Source: Candidatus Poribacteria bacterium (lineage in GTDB: Bacteria; Poribacteria; WGA-4E; GCA-2687025). From it: a stretch of DNA of 64,000 nucleotides. The stretch is taken from NCBI GenBank assembly GCA_963665845.2, contig OY762492.1:2272001-2336000 (forward strand), in the 5' to 3' direction. The notes under the pieces are model-generated. The model did no database searches. It saw nothing but the letters and a program-made list of their open reading frames with translations, and was not told the origin of the DNA. Shown in pieces: positions 18,986 through 27,624 of the stretch. Position numbers and translations under genes: made by a program. How positions within the stretch are numbered: the stretch's first letter is position 1; each line of letters opens with the position of its first letter.

Positions 18986-19428
18986 AAAACCCCCCAGCTC
19001 CCCTTTTCAAGGGGGGAGTCCAGAAACCCCGCGCCTTACCCGCCGTTGCCGTCTGAACTAGGATTGCCAGGATTGAAAAGATTGACATGAGGTGTGCGAA
19101 AGCCGATATGCCGTATTCCCAAATCCTGTAAATCTTTTACATCTTGAAAATCCTAGTTCAAAACGAAGCGCAGCCCGCGCGCGAAACCCCCCAGCCCCTT
19201 TTCAAAGGGAGTCCAGAAACCCCGCGCCTTACCCGCCGTTGCCGTCTGAACTAGGATTGCCAGGATTGAAAAGATTAGCATGAGGTGTGCGAACGCCGAT
19301 ATGCCGTATTCCCAAATCCTGTAAATCTTTTTCATCTTGAAAATCCTAGTTCAAACGAAGCGCAGCCCGCGCGCTAAAACCCCCCCAGCCCCCCTTTTCA
19401 AGGGGGGAGTCCAGAAACCCCGCGCCTT
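18986..19428. repeat. About 2.3 tandem copies of a ~195-bp composite unit (C/G hairpin plus ~107-bp long inverted repeat)
   Basis: tgaactaggatt...aatcctagttca at 19054-19160 and 19247-19353; cccc..ttttcaaggg(ggg)agtccagaaaccccgcgcctt three times. Confidence 0.9.
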
Positions 19429-19448
19429 GCGCCGCCGCAAATCGCTTC

Positions 19449-19477
19449 TTGAAATTGTCATTATTTAACGTTACACT
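19449..19477 (+). promoter_or_regulatory. Sigma70-like promoter of the yggS operon
   Basis: TTGAAA-17 bp-TACACT. Confidence 0.55.
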
Positions 19478-19552
19478 ATTTTGAGCTGCGGGGCAGCGCT
19501 GAAAAGGCGCCTTGCCGGTAAACGGAGGCGGAAGGTTTTTGCTACACTTCTA

Positions 19553-19665
19553 GATTCCCGCTTACGCGGGAATGACGGTTGGATTCCCGCTTACGCGGGA
19601 ATGACGGTTGGATTCCCGCTTACGCGGGAATGACGGTTGGATTCCCGCTTACGCGGGAATGACGG
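19553..19665. repeat. Four head-to-tail 29-bp REP units in the yggS leader
   Basis: attcccgcttacgcgggaatgacgg at 19554, 19583, 19612 and 19641. Confidence 0.93.
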
Positions 19666-19687
19666 CGATAGGCGAGGGAGGCGGAGT

Positions 19688-20371
19688 ATCGACGCAGGGC
19701 GCGGCGTACATCAAACGCTGGAGCGCATCGCCGAGGCGGCTGTCTCCGCGGGGCGCGATCCGAGCGGCATTCAACTGATTGCCGTAACGAAGGGCGTTGA
19801 CCCGACGCGCATCGCGCAAGCGCGCGTCGCCGGCGTCAAACGCATCGGCGAAAACCGCGTACAAGAAGCCGAAGCGAAACGCCCGCGCATACCGGACGGC
19901 ATGGAATGGCATATGATCGGGCGCCTGCAAAGCAACAAGGCGCGCCGCGCCGTTCAGCTGTTCGACTGCATTCACTCGGTCGACTCGGAAAAGCTGCTGC
20001 GCCGTTTAGACCGATGCTGTCAAGAGCTTGGCGTCCGCCGGCGCGTCTTGATACAGGTCAACTGTTCGCGCGAGGCGTCTAAAGGCGGCGCCGCGCCGCA
20101 TGCGCTGGAGAGCCTGATGGAGGCGTCTCAAGAAACGGCGCATTTGGACGCGGTCGGTTTGATGACGATGGGCAAGCTGGGCGGTTCCGTTTTGGAGACG
20201 CGGCGCGCGTTTGCGTTGTTGCGCGAATTGGCGCACAATTCAGCATACGCAAAACAGCTGCGCCATCTCTCGATGGGCATGACGGGCGATTTTGAAGAGG
20301 CGGTTGCGGAGGGCGCCACGATGGTGCGCATCGGGACAGCCATTTTTGGAGCAAGGGAGGCGGGGCGATAG
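19688..20371 (+). CDS. yggS: PLP homeostasis protein YggS (start is either ATC 19688 or TTG 19637 inside the REP)
   Basis: LIAVTK, GENRVQE, WHMIGRLQSNK, IHSVDS, LSMGMT, MVRIGTAIFG. Confidence 0.92.
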   Translation: MDAGRGVHQTLERIAEAAVSAGRDPSGIQLIAVTKGVDPTRIAQARVAGVKRIGENRVQEAEAKRPRIPDGMEWHMIGRLQSNKARRAVQLFDCIHSVDSEKLLRRLDRCCQELGVRRRVLIQVNCSREASKGGAAPHALESLMEASQETAHLDAVGLMTMGKLGGSVLETRRAFALLRELAHNSAYAKQLRHLSMGMTGDFEEAVAEGATMVRIGTAIFGAREAGR

Positions 20372-21177
20372 AGCGGATCGGAATTGTCGGCGTCGGAAAA
20401 ATGGGCGGTTCGATTTTGCGCGGCGCGTTGACGTCGGGCGCGCTGTCGGCGGAGGCGGTCTGGGTGGACGACGCGCTGCCGGGGCGCGCCGAGAGCGTTG
20501 CCGAAGAGCTGGGCGTCCATGCTGTCGAGTCGAAGCGGGAGCTGCTGGCGAACGCGGACTGCATTCTGTATGCCGCGCATCCGTCCAACTTAGAGGCGGC
20601 GCTGTCGGAACTGTCGCAGTCGGGCTGGAAGCCGCGCCACTGGATCTTATCGATAGCGGCGGGCGTCGCGACGAGCCGTCTGGAGTCGCTTCTGCCGGCG
20701 GGTACCGCGGCAGTGCGGGCGATGCCGAACATTGCGGCGTCGGTGGGCGAGGCGATGACCTGCGTCTGCGGCGGCGCGCATGCGGATGAGAAACATCTTG
20801 CGTCGTCCGAACGTTTACTTTCGAGCGTGGGCGAGACGGCGCGCGTTGAGGAGCGGTTGATGGACGCGGTGACCGGTTTGAGCGGGAGCGGTCCGGCATT
20901 TGCGCTGGTGGTACTGGAGGCTTTGGCGGACGCGGGCGTTGAGCTGGGTTTGCCGTTTGATCAGTCGCTGTTGTTGGCGCGTCAAACATTGTTGGGGGCT
21001 GCCGTTTTGGCGGCCGAGTCGGGCGAGCATCCGGCGGTATGGAAGTCGCGCGTCGCGTCGCCGGGCGGGTCGACGGCTGCGGGATTAGCGGCGATGGAGC
21101 GGGGCGGGGCGCGGGCGGCGTTGAGAGACGCCGTACATGCAGCCGCCGCGCGGTCTAAAGAGTTGGGGAACGCATGA
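20368..21177 (+). CDS. proC: Pyrroline-5-carboxylate reductase (likely ATA start at 20368)
   Basis: IGIVGVGKMG begins upstream of ATG 20401; RAMPN, VTGLSGSGPA, VASPGGST. Confidence 0.93.
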   Translation: MERIGIVGVGKMGGSILRGALTSGALSAEAVWVDDALPGRAESVAEELGVHAVESKRELLANADCILYAAHPSNLEAALSELSQSGWKPRHWILSIAAGVATSRLESLLPAGTAAVRAMPNIAASVGEAMTCVCGGAHADEKHLASSERLLSSVGETARVEERLMDAVTGLSGSGPAFALVVLEALADAGVELGLPFDQSLLLARQTLLGAAVLAAESGEHPAVWKSRVASPGGSTAAGLAAMERGGARAALRDAVHAAAARSKELGNA

Positions 21178-21728
21178 TTACGCCGATGGAAATCTACCAA
21201 AGAGAATTCAAACGCAAGGCATTGAACGGTTTAGACCCGGAGGATGTGGAGGATTTTCTCTTTCAGGTCGCCGAAGATATGGAGGCGCTCATCAAAGAGA
21301 ATACGGAGCTGAAGCAGAGACAGGGGGGAGGCGCGCCTGCCTCCCGCCAAGAACCGCCGCCCGCCGCCGGCGACCAAAGCGCCGAGGCGCTTGAACAGGC
21401 GCAGGCGGAGGCGGCAAGAATCAAGGCGAAGGCGGAAAGAGAAGCGAGAACGATACTCAACCAAGCCAGAGCCGAAGCGAAAAAAATAAGCCAGCAAAAA
21501 GGCGGAGAAAGCCCCCAGACAAGCGGCGGCGGCGTCTCCGAGCATGAAAAAAAATATCTGTCCATGCTGGCGCGTCATCTGTCGGAGATGACGCTGCTGC
21601 TGGAAGAGACCGACCTGGACGATGCAAGCGGCGGGCTGGACCCGTCGACCGACCTGTCGACCGACTCCGCCCCAGAAGGCACCGGAACGACCCTGTTGGA
21701 ACCGGGCGCGTCCGACGACCGCGAATAG
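21174..21728 (+). CDS. divIVA: DivIVA domain protein
   Basis: MITPMEI..REF....NGLDPEDVEDFL N-terminus; AEREARTIL coiled coil. Confidence 0.8.
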   Translation: MITPMEIYQREFKRKALNGLDPEDVEDFLFQVAEDMEALIKENTELKQRQGGGAPASRQEPPPAAGDQSAEALEQAQAEAARIKAKAEREARTILNQARAEAKKISQQKGGESPQTSGGGVSEHEKKYLSMLARHLSEMTLLLEETDLDDASGGLDPSTDLSTDSAPEGTGTTLLEPGASDDRE

Positions 21729-21737
21729 GAACGCGCT

Positions 21738-24401
21738 ATGGCTGTGAACAAAACATTCGATGCCTTTAGAAAGCAGGCGCTGGGAGAAGCCCGCGACGCC
21801 GATCTTGTGGAGCGGTGGGAAGAAATCGCCCTGCTGGCGCAGCTTCGCCAAAAAAACAAAGGCAAGGACAAGCATGTTTTTCATGACATACCCCGCCCGC
21901 CGCGGAACGAACTGAACCCGCTTCACTTGAGCGTCCGCATGCGCAAGGACATCTATCTGAAAGCGGCCGCGCTGATGGGGTTCAATGTTGCGTACTCGCC
22001 CAGCTGGGACCTGTTTGACGGCGGGGTTGAAAAGGAGGCGCTGCGCGATGAGAACGCCGCCGGGCGCCCGTTCGACTCTGACCTGGTGCGCGGCAGCTGC
22101 AAGCAAAGCGCTCAGGAGCGCATGGAGACCGAACGCGCCGCGCTGAAACAGCTGGGCGTATTCGCCGACTGGCGCGGAGTCAAACCGCATTTAGAAGCGC
22201 GCTACGAAGCGAAACTGCTCGACAGCTTCGGGCGTCTCATGACCGCTGGGCTTGTCAAGCGGGAGCTGAAACCCGGCTACTGGTGCATAGAGTGCAGAAC
22301 CGACTTGAGCGAGACGGAGCAGGCGGTTCGCAAACGCAAATCGACCGGCGCGTATATCCGCTTTCCGCTTCGCGCAGGGCTGGAACGGCTCGGCGCGAAC
22401 GCCGGCGTCGCCGCGCGCGTCTTTGAGCTGTGGACGATGCCGGCGGGCGCGGCGCTAGCGTTGTCTCCCGACGCGTCGTACGAGGCGGTACGGTTCAACG
22501 GCAAACCGCTTGTCATCGAAAAAGGAAGCGTCGACAAACTCCCGGCAGACAGCGAGATGGAGCGGCTCGAAACGATTGAAACGGCGGAGCTGCTGCAGTG
22601 CGTCTGCAGCCATCCGCTGTTGGACGCCGATCTGCCGATCGTCATGCGCGGGGAGGAAGAAGGCGCGTTTGTTCTGGTCAGCCGAAGCGGAAAAGAACGC
22701 CCCTTCCCGCAACAGCTGTTCCTCGCCTCCGAAGCGGATCCGTTCGGCGGACATACGCCGCGACTCGCTTACAACTACCGCATCGGCTCCATCATGAACG
22801 AAAGCGGCGAGATGACCGAAGAGGCGGAAACGTTCTGCGGGCTGTCGATACAGGAGGCGCGCGAGCATATCGCCCTTCGGCTCGATTACATGGGCATGCT
22901 CATCCGGGCGGACGACGGCGAACTTGCCTACCCGCACTGCTGGACATGCGAGGAGCCGGCGGCGTTTCGTCCGATTGACCAGTGGACGTTCGACGCCTCG
23001 GCGAGCGGGCTGCTGCGGCGCGTCGTTCAGGGGATGGAGCTGTTTGAGGGGCGTCCGTCCGGCTTGAAGGCGCAGTTGAAAAAGCGGCTCCCGCGGCAGG
23101 AGCGGTGGGAGGCGTCGCAGCCGGGGGTGTGGGGTTTGCCGGTTCCGGCGTTTTACTGCCGAAAATGCGGCGGTCAGCTGGAGGTGGAGCGCAGCGTCAA
23201 GACAGCGCGCGACCTCATCAGCCATAAAGGAACCGACGCATGGTTCTCCGTTGAGCCGGACGACGCGCTGCCGAACGACGCCGTTTGCCCGAGCTGCGGC
23301 GAGCGCGAGTTTCGGCGCGACACCAGCGTCATGACGCCATGGACGGCGTCGCTTCTGGACGCGATACAGAACATGGACAGCCGGCGCGAAAACGCCAAGA
23401 TCGGCGACATCTTTATGGAGCGGGCGGACGACGCGCTGGACTGGATCGCGCGGCTGCTCACGCTGCTTTACGCGCTAAGAGGCGGCTGCCCGACGAAGTT
23501 TTTACATTACATCAACCTTAAAAAAACCGGGGCGCAACTGAAGGCGCTCGCCGATCCCAAACTGATGCGCATCCTGGAGCAGCCCGGCGGATCGGACCTG
23601 CTCCGCCTCTTTGCGCTTCGGCATACCTTTAGTACGAAGACGTCGGCTGAAGACGCGGCGGCGCGTTTAGAGGAGCAGAGGGCGGAGTTTGAAAATGTTC
23701 TGCTGCGCGCCGCCTTTTTGACGCGGAAGCAGAAAACGCCTCCCAAAGGGAACGCCAACATCGGATCGATTCCGTATCTGCCGGCGCTGTTTGCCGCATG
23801 GTTTCACGGGGCGAAGGGGGAGATCGAGAGCGCGTTTCAGGCGTACGATTTTGACGCGGCATGGGAAACGCTGCGCTCGGCGCTGCGCCGATTTGAAACG
23901 ATGGCAGATTATCTGGAAAAGGCGCAAAAGCGCGCGCCCAAAAGCAAGCGCGCCGACCTTCCGCTGATCGAACGCGCGTATTACGAATGCGCCCTTCAGC
24001 TGCTGAAACTGACGACCCCGTTTCTGCCGATGACCGCCGAGCGGCTCTGGACGCGCGCCTTCCGCGCGCCGGACGGCGCCAGCGTTTTTCTCTCCAACGC
24101 CCTGCGCGGCTCCCAAAACTGGAAACGCGGAAAGAAACGAATCGATCCGCCCGGCAGCTTTGAGATCTGGGCGGACGCGGCGCGCGCCGTTCAACATGCC
24201 TCCAGCGGCGGCGTTGACATCGTTTTTCAAAACGACGCTGCAGAATGGCGAAAAATGTTTATCGAGTCGGAGGAATGCCTGCGCATGTTCGCCGAAGGCG
24301 GTTTCGCCGTATGGACAGACGAGCCGCCTCCCGAAGACGGCGCGCCCGTCCCAACAGTGAGCGTCAGCAGCCTGAACGCAGAAGCGGACAGCGATGCATA
24401 A
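21738..24401 (+). CDS. ileS: Isoleucyl-tRNA synthetase-like protein with degenerate catalytic motifs
   Basis: Colinear with IleRS (KDIYLK, LGVFADW, YPHCW, WGLPVP, DLLRL, PFLPMTAERLW) and placed between divIVA and lspA. HIGH and KMSKS are absent. Confidence 0.8.
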   Translation: MAVNKTFDAFRKQALGEARDADLVERWEEIALLAQLRQKNKGKDKHVFHDIPRPPRNELNPLHLSVRMRKDIYLKAAALMGFNVAYSPSWDLFDGGVEKEALRDENAAGRPFDSDLVRGSCKQSAQERMETERAALKQLGVFADWRGVKPHLEARYEAKLLDSFGRLMTAGLVKRELKPGYWCIECRTDLSETEQAVRKRKSTGAYIRFPLRAGLERLGANAGVAARVFELWTMPAGAALALSPDASYEAVRFNGKPLVIEKGSVDKLPADSEMERLETIETAELLQCVCSHPLLDADLPIVMRGEEEGAFVLVSRSGKERPFPQQLFLASEADPFGGHTPRLAYNYRIGSIMNESGEMTEEAETFCGLSIQEAREHIALRLDYMGMLIRADDGELAYPHCWTCEEPAAFRPIDQWTFDASASGLLRRVVQGMELFEGRPSGLKAQLKKRLPRQERWEASQPGVWGLPVPAFYCRKCGGQLEVERSVKTARDLISHKGTDAWFSVEPDDALPNDAVCPSCGEREFRRDTSVMTPWTASLLDAIQNMDSRRENAKIGDIFMERADDALDWIARLLTLLYALRGGCPTKFLHYINLKKTGAQLKALADPKLMRILEQPGGSDLLRLFALRHTFSTKTSAEDAAARLEEQRAEFENVLLRAAFLTRKQKTPPKGNANIGSIPYLPALFAAWFHGAKGEIESAFQAYDFDAAWETLRSALRRFETMADYLEKAQKRAPKSKRADLPLIERAYYECALQLLKLTTPFLPMTAERLWTRAFRAPDGASVFLSNALRGSQNWKRGKKRIDPPGSFEIWADAARAVQHASSGGVDIVFQNDAAEWRKMFIESEECLRMFAEGGFAVWTDEPPPEDGAPVPTVSVSSLNAEADSDA

Positions 24402-24924
24402 CTGGTTTCAGCGGTGGCAGCCGCATCTCTACACCTTAATATTAATGTTGAGCGTCTTTGCGGCGGATCAGTGGTCAAAGCTGGCGATACAGGGCTTTTT
24501 TGAAGAGCGCGGCGTGACCATCGACAACCTGCGGGGAGTCGAATCGGAGCCTGTTTTAGGGGGGCTGTTCGGACTTCGGCTGGCGAAGAACACCGGCGCG
24601 GCGTTCGGTTTATTCGGCGGCGGCGCTTCTACGCCTTTCCTGCTGCTCGCCGTCTCGGTGATCGGAATGGCGGCGGCGGTCTGGATCTACTGGTACTACT
24701 CCAGCAGCCGATGGCTCCGCACCGCCTGGGCATGCGCCGCCGGCGGCGGATTCGGCAACCTGCTCGACAGGCTGCGCCTCGGCTATGTGGTCGACTTTAT
24801 CGATGTGGACATCGGGGCGTACCAGTGGCCCTATTTCAACTTAGCGGACACGTTTTTATGCGTCGGCGCGGGAATGCTCATCCTGTCGACGGCGCTGGAT
24901 CGACGAAAGGAAGCGGACGCATGA
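24394..24924 (+). CDS. lspA: Lipoprotein signal peptidase II
   Basis: DQWSK, NTGAAFG, GNLLDRL, VVDFI, FNLAD. Confidence 0.95.
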   Translation: MHNWFQRWQPHLYTLILMLSVFAADQWSKLAIQGFFEERGVTIDNLRGVESEPVLGGLFGLRLAKNTGAAFGLFGGGASTPFLLLAVSVIGMAAAVWIYWYYSSSRWLRTAWACAAGGGFGNLLDRLRLGYVVDFIDVDIGAYQWPYFNLADTFLCVGAGMLILSTALDRRKEADA

Positions 24925-25388
24925 CGCGCATTCAACAGCTCACGCAACAGCTGGCGGCGGCTTTTCTCTGCGCGGCTCTGTTCGGCGCGGCAACCGCCTC
25001 CGCCCAAACCGAAACGTCCGGACCGATTGAACAAGCGGCGCAGAATCCTCAACAGAACGAATCGGCGCTGCGCCGTTTTGAAATTGTGACGCTCACCGCG
25101 CTGCCGTTCACCGCCGCGCACAGCTACTTTCTGATGAAGGGCTATAGAATTCTCCGCGCGGGGTCGCTCGCGGCGCCTGTCGAAGGCGGCGACTGGAACG
25201 TCGTCATCGCGGGAGCGGCGGTCTTGGCGGCGGGCATCGGTTTTTACGACTATTTCCGCATGAAAGGCAAGGACCGAAACGAGTCGCTTCTGCCGGAGCC
25301 TCCCCCGCGCCGGCTGGAAACTTCCCCAAACCGATTTTCGTCCGCGCGGTTTCAGACGCCGCTTGTCGCGTTTGCGGCGCGTTTTTAA
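24921..25388 (+). CDS. Hypothetical exported/membrane protein
   Basis: ATGA overlap with lspA; signal peptide; LRRFEIVTLTALPF and a second TM segment. Confidence 0.65.
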   Translation: MTRIQQLTQQLAAAFLCAALFGAATASAQTETSGPIEQAAQNPQQNESALRRFEIVTLTALPFTAAHSYFLMKGYRILRAGSLAAPVEGGDWNVVIAGAAVLAAGIGFYDYFRMKGKDRNESLLPEPPPRRLETSPNRFSSARFQTPLVAFAARF

Positions 25389-25406
25389 TCTGAACGGCAG
25401 GCGGCG

Positions 25407-26447
25407 ATGAACGAGCGGCTGCTCATGGCGGCGTCATGGACGCTTCATCGGCTTTTTTTTAAACGAAGCCCGCTTCCGTCCAATCCGCGCGCGCTCCTTT
25501 ATATACAGCTTGATCATATCGGCGACGCGATCTTGGCGGAGCCGGCGCTGGCGAGCCTGCGGGCTTATTATCCGCGCGCGCGGCTGGATGTGCTGTGCGC
25601 GCGGTGGAACCGAGCCGTCTTTGAAAACTCCCCCCATGTACAACGTATACTGGAGTTCAACCCGCGCGCCTTCAGGCGAGACGCCCGCCCGCCGGACTCC
25701 GCCTTCAAAACATGGCGCGCTTTCAGGGCGCTCCGCGGCGAATATGCGCTGACGATGTGCGTCCGAGGTTCATGGACGGCGCTGACATTGGCGAACGGCT
25801 GCTGGTTCGACCGCGGCGCGGATCGGTTGGAGATGAAACGGCGGCGGCAAACTCCGCCCGACCACGCGGCGGACGCGGCGCTGCAGATGCTGGCGTCGCG
25901 CGGCGTGTCGACCGAATCGCGCCCGCCGCGCTTTTATTTCACGCCGGAGCAGGACGCCTCGGCGGCGCGCCTATTAAAAGGTATGTTAAAAAAAATCGGC
26001 GGGGAGAAGAGGGAGGCGGTCGCGCTCCATGTCGGTTCGCCTGTCCGGGCGAAGCGGTGGCCGACCGCCAAGTTTGCGTCCCTGGCGGAGCGGCTGTATG
26101 CGCGGGGGATGGCGCCGCTGCTGGTCGGCGCGCGCGGCGAAGCGGAACTGACCGCCGAAACCGCCAAAACAGCGCGCGTCCCGACGATCGACCTGTCAGG
26201 GCGGACGACGCTGGGCGAGCTAGGGGCGTTGCTGTCGCGCTGCGCAGGGTTTGTCGGCAACGACTCGGCGCCGATGCATATCGCCGCGGCGGTCGGGCTG
26301 CCGGCGGTCGGGCTGTTCTTCGCGTCCGATCCGCTCCGCTTCGGACCGAGAGGCGAACGCGCGGGCTGTCTACAGGCGCCCTCCCCCCACGCGCTGGACG
26401 CCGACGCCGCCCTAAACGCGCTCCTCCGCCGGATGAATTCGCCGTAA
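25407..26447 (+). CDS. Glycosyltransferase family 9 (LPS heptosyltransferase-like)
   Basis: DHIGDAIL, AKRWP, DLSGRTTL, GNDSAPMHIAAA. Confidence 0.92.
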   Translation: MNERLLMAASWTLHRLFFKRSPLPSNPRALLYIQLDHIGDAILAEPALASLRAYYPRARLDVLCARWNRAVFENSPHVQRILEFNPRAFRRDARPPDSAFKTWRAFRALRGEYALTMCVRGSWTALTLANGCWFDRGADRLEMKRRRQTPPDHAADAALQMLASRGVSTESRPPRFYFTPEQDASAARLLKGMLKKIGGEKREAVALHVGSPVRAKRWPTAKFASLAERLYARGMAPLLVGARGEAELTAETAKTARVPTIDLSGRTTLGELGALLSRCAGFVGNDSAPMHIAAAVGLPAVGLFFASDPLRFGPRGERAGCLQAPSPHALDADAALNALLRRMNSP

Positions 26448-26482
26448 AGCCCCCGGGGGCTGCCATTCCCGCCCCTCCGGTT

Positions 26483-26801
26483 CGTCATTCCCGCGCAAGC
26501 GGGAATCCAGAGTTGAGTTCGACACGGTTCGCATTTGCCGACCGCGTTGACTACCCTGTTCGTCCCCCGCTTCCGCGAGGGCATGCATTCCCTTTCCGCA
26601 CAAGCGGGAATCCAGAGTCGATCTCGACACGGTTCGCATTTGCCGACCGCGTCGTCTACCCTGTTCGTCCCCCGCTTCCGCGAGGGCATGCATTCCCTTT
26701 CCGCGCAAGCGGGAATCCAGAGTATTTGCGCATACGCTTCGCGTTTTCCAGTTGCTGTCATTTCCTCCCGCCGTCATTCCCGCGCAAGCGGGAATCCAGA
26801 G
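26483..26801 (+). repeat. Four REP units upstream of the GIY-YIG gene (CGTC end outward)
   Basis: cgtc...attccc...gcgggaatccagag at 26483, 26561, 26666 and 26772; the middle two carry inserted hairpins. Confidence 0.92.
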
Positions 26802-26836
26802 TTTTCGGCAAACGGCTCGCATTGGCAAGACAGCGC

Positions 26837-26865
26837 TTGAAATCAAAACAGAATTTCCTTAAACT
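26837..26865 (+). promoter_or_regulatory. Sigma70-like promoter, possibly producing a leaderless GIY-YIG mRNA
   Basis: TTGAAA-17 bp-TAAACT; ATG starts 7 nt after the -10 box; no SD. Confidence 0.55.
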
Positions 26866-26871
26866 AACCCG

Positions 26872-27180
26872 ATGAAACAGCCCTGCGTGTACATCATGGC
26901 GAACAAAAGAAACGGCACAACATATGTCGGCGCGACCTCCGACCTGCCGTCTCGCGTATGGAAGCATCGAAACGGTTTCTACGAGGGATTTACGAAGCGA
27001 TACGGCGTTCAAAGACTGGTCTGGTATGAAACGCATACGACCATGCAGAGCGCGATCCTGAAAGAGAAGCAGATCAAACGATGGCGGCGCGAGTGGAAAA
27101 TGGAGCTGATTGAAGAGGAAAATCCGCAGTGGCGCGATCTATACGACGAAATCAGCGGATATGCGCCTCCCAGCGAGTGA
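26872..27180 (+). CDS. Small stand-alone GIY-YIG nuclease family protein
   Basis: CVYIMAN..NGTTYVGATSDL..RV..H, FTKRY, LVWYE, AILKEKQIKRW.R.WK..LIE..NP.W.DL. Confidence 0.92.
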   Translation: MKQPCVYIMANKRNGTTYVGATSDLPSRVWKHRNGFYEGFTKRYGVQRLVWYETHTTMQSAILKEKQIKRWRREWKMELIEEENPQWRDLYDEISGYAPPSE

Positions 27181-27240
27181 CGCTGGAGATGGCGGGTTGC
27201 TTGGCAGGAGTTTGGGGGATGCGGGCGGTTTCTGCCGGGA

Positions 27241-27542
27241 CTCTGGATTCCCGCTTGCGCGGGAATGACGGGGAGAGGGGCGCGGGAATGACGTCGGGTG
27301 GGATGATGGTTTCGCCGTATGCGAACGTTCTTTTGTTTGCCTCTGGATTCCCGCTTACGCGGGAATGACGGGGAGAGGGGCGCGGGAATGACGTCGGATG
27401 GGATGGCGGTTTTGCCGTATGCGGTCGTTTTTGTGTTTGCCTCTGGATTCCCGCTTGCGCGGGAATGACGGTCTGGTTGGCGGAGCCTTTTTCCCATGAA
27501 TAAAGGCTTTGGTCGTTTAGCCGTCCGACTTTATGCATGAGG
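27241..27542 (-). repeat. Three inverted REP units (100-bp period) downstream of GIY-YIG plus a conserved element end
   Basis: ctctggattcccgctt(g/a)cgcgggaatgacg at 27241, 27341 and 27441; 27487-27542 is similar to 918-975. Confidence 0.92.
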
Positions 27543-27556
27543 CCGCCGCATTTATG

Positions 27557-27585
27557 TTGACACGGGCGGCGGGAGTGTGTATGTT
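27557..27585 (+). promoter_or_regulatory. Sigma70-like promoter
   Basis: TTGACA-17 bp-TATGTT. Confidence 0.5.
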
Positions 27586-27624
27586 TATTGCAAGCGGCGG
27601 AAAACTCAACAAACGGGACGCGGA

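Noticed and set aside
19553-19665. 29-bp tandem as a mini-CRISPR
   Set aside because: Units are head-to-tail with no unique spacers.
21738-24401. ileS as an ordinary pseudogene or an ordinary active IleRS
   Set aside because: There are no stops or frameshifts over 2.6 kb and CxxC motifs are kept, yet the catalytic signatures are missing; neither simple label fits.
26483-27470. REP arrays as a CRISPR array
   Set aside because: Spacers are related to each other, orientation flips around the gene, the same unit is scattered through the window, and no cas genes are present.
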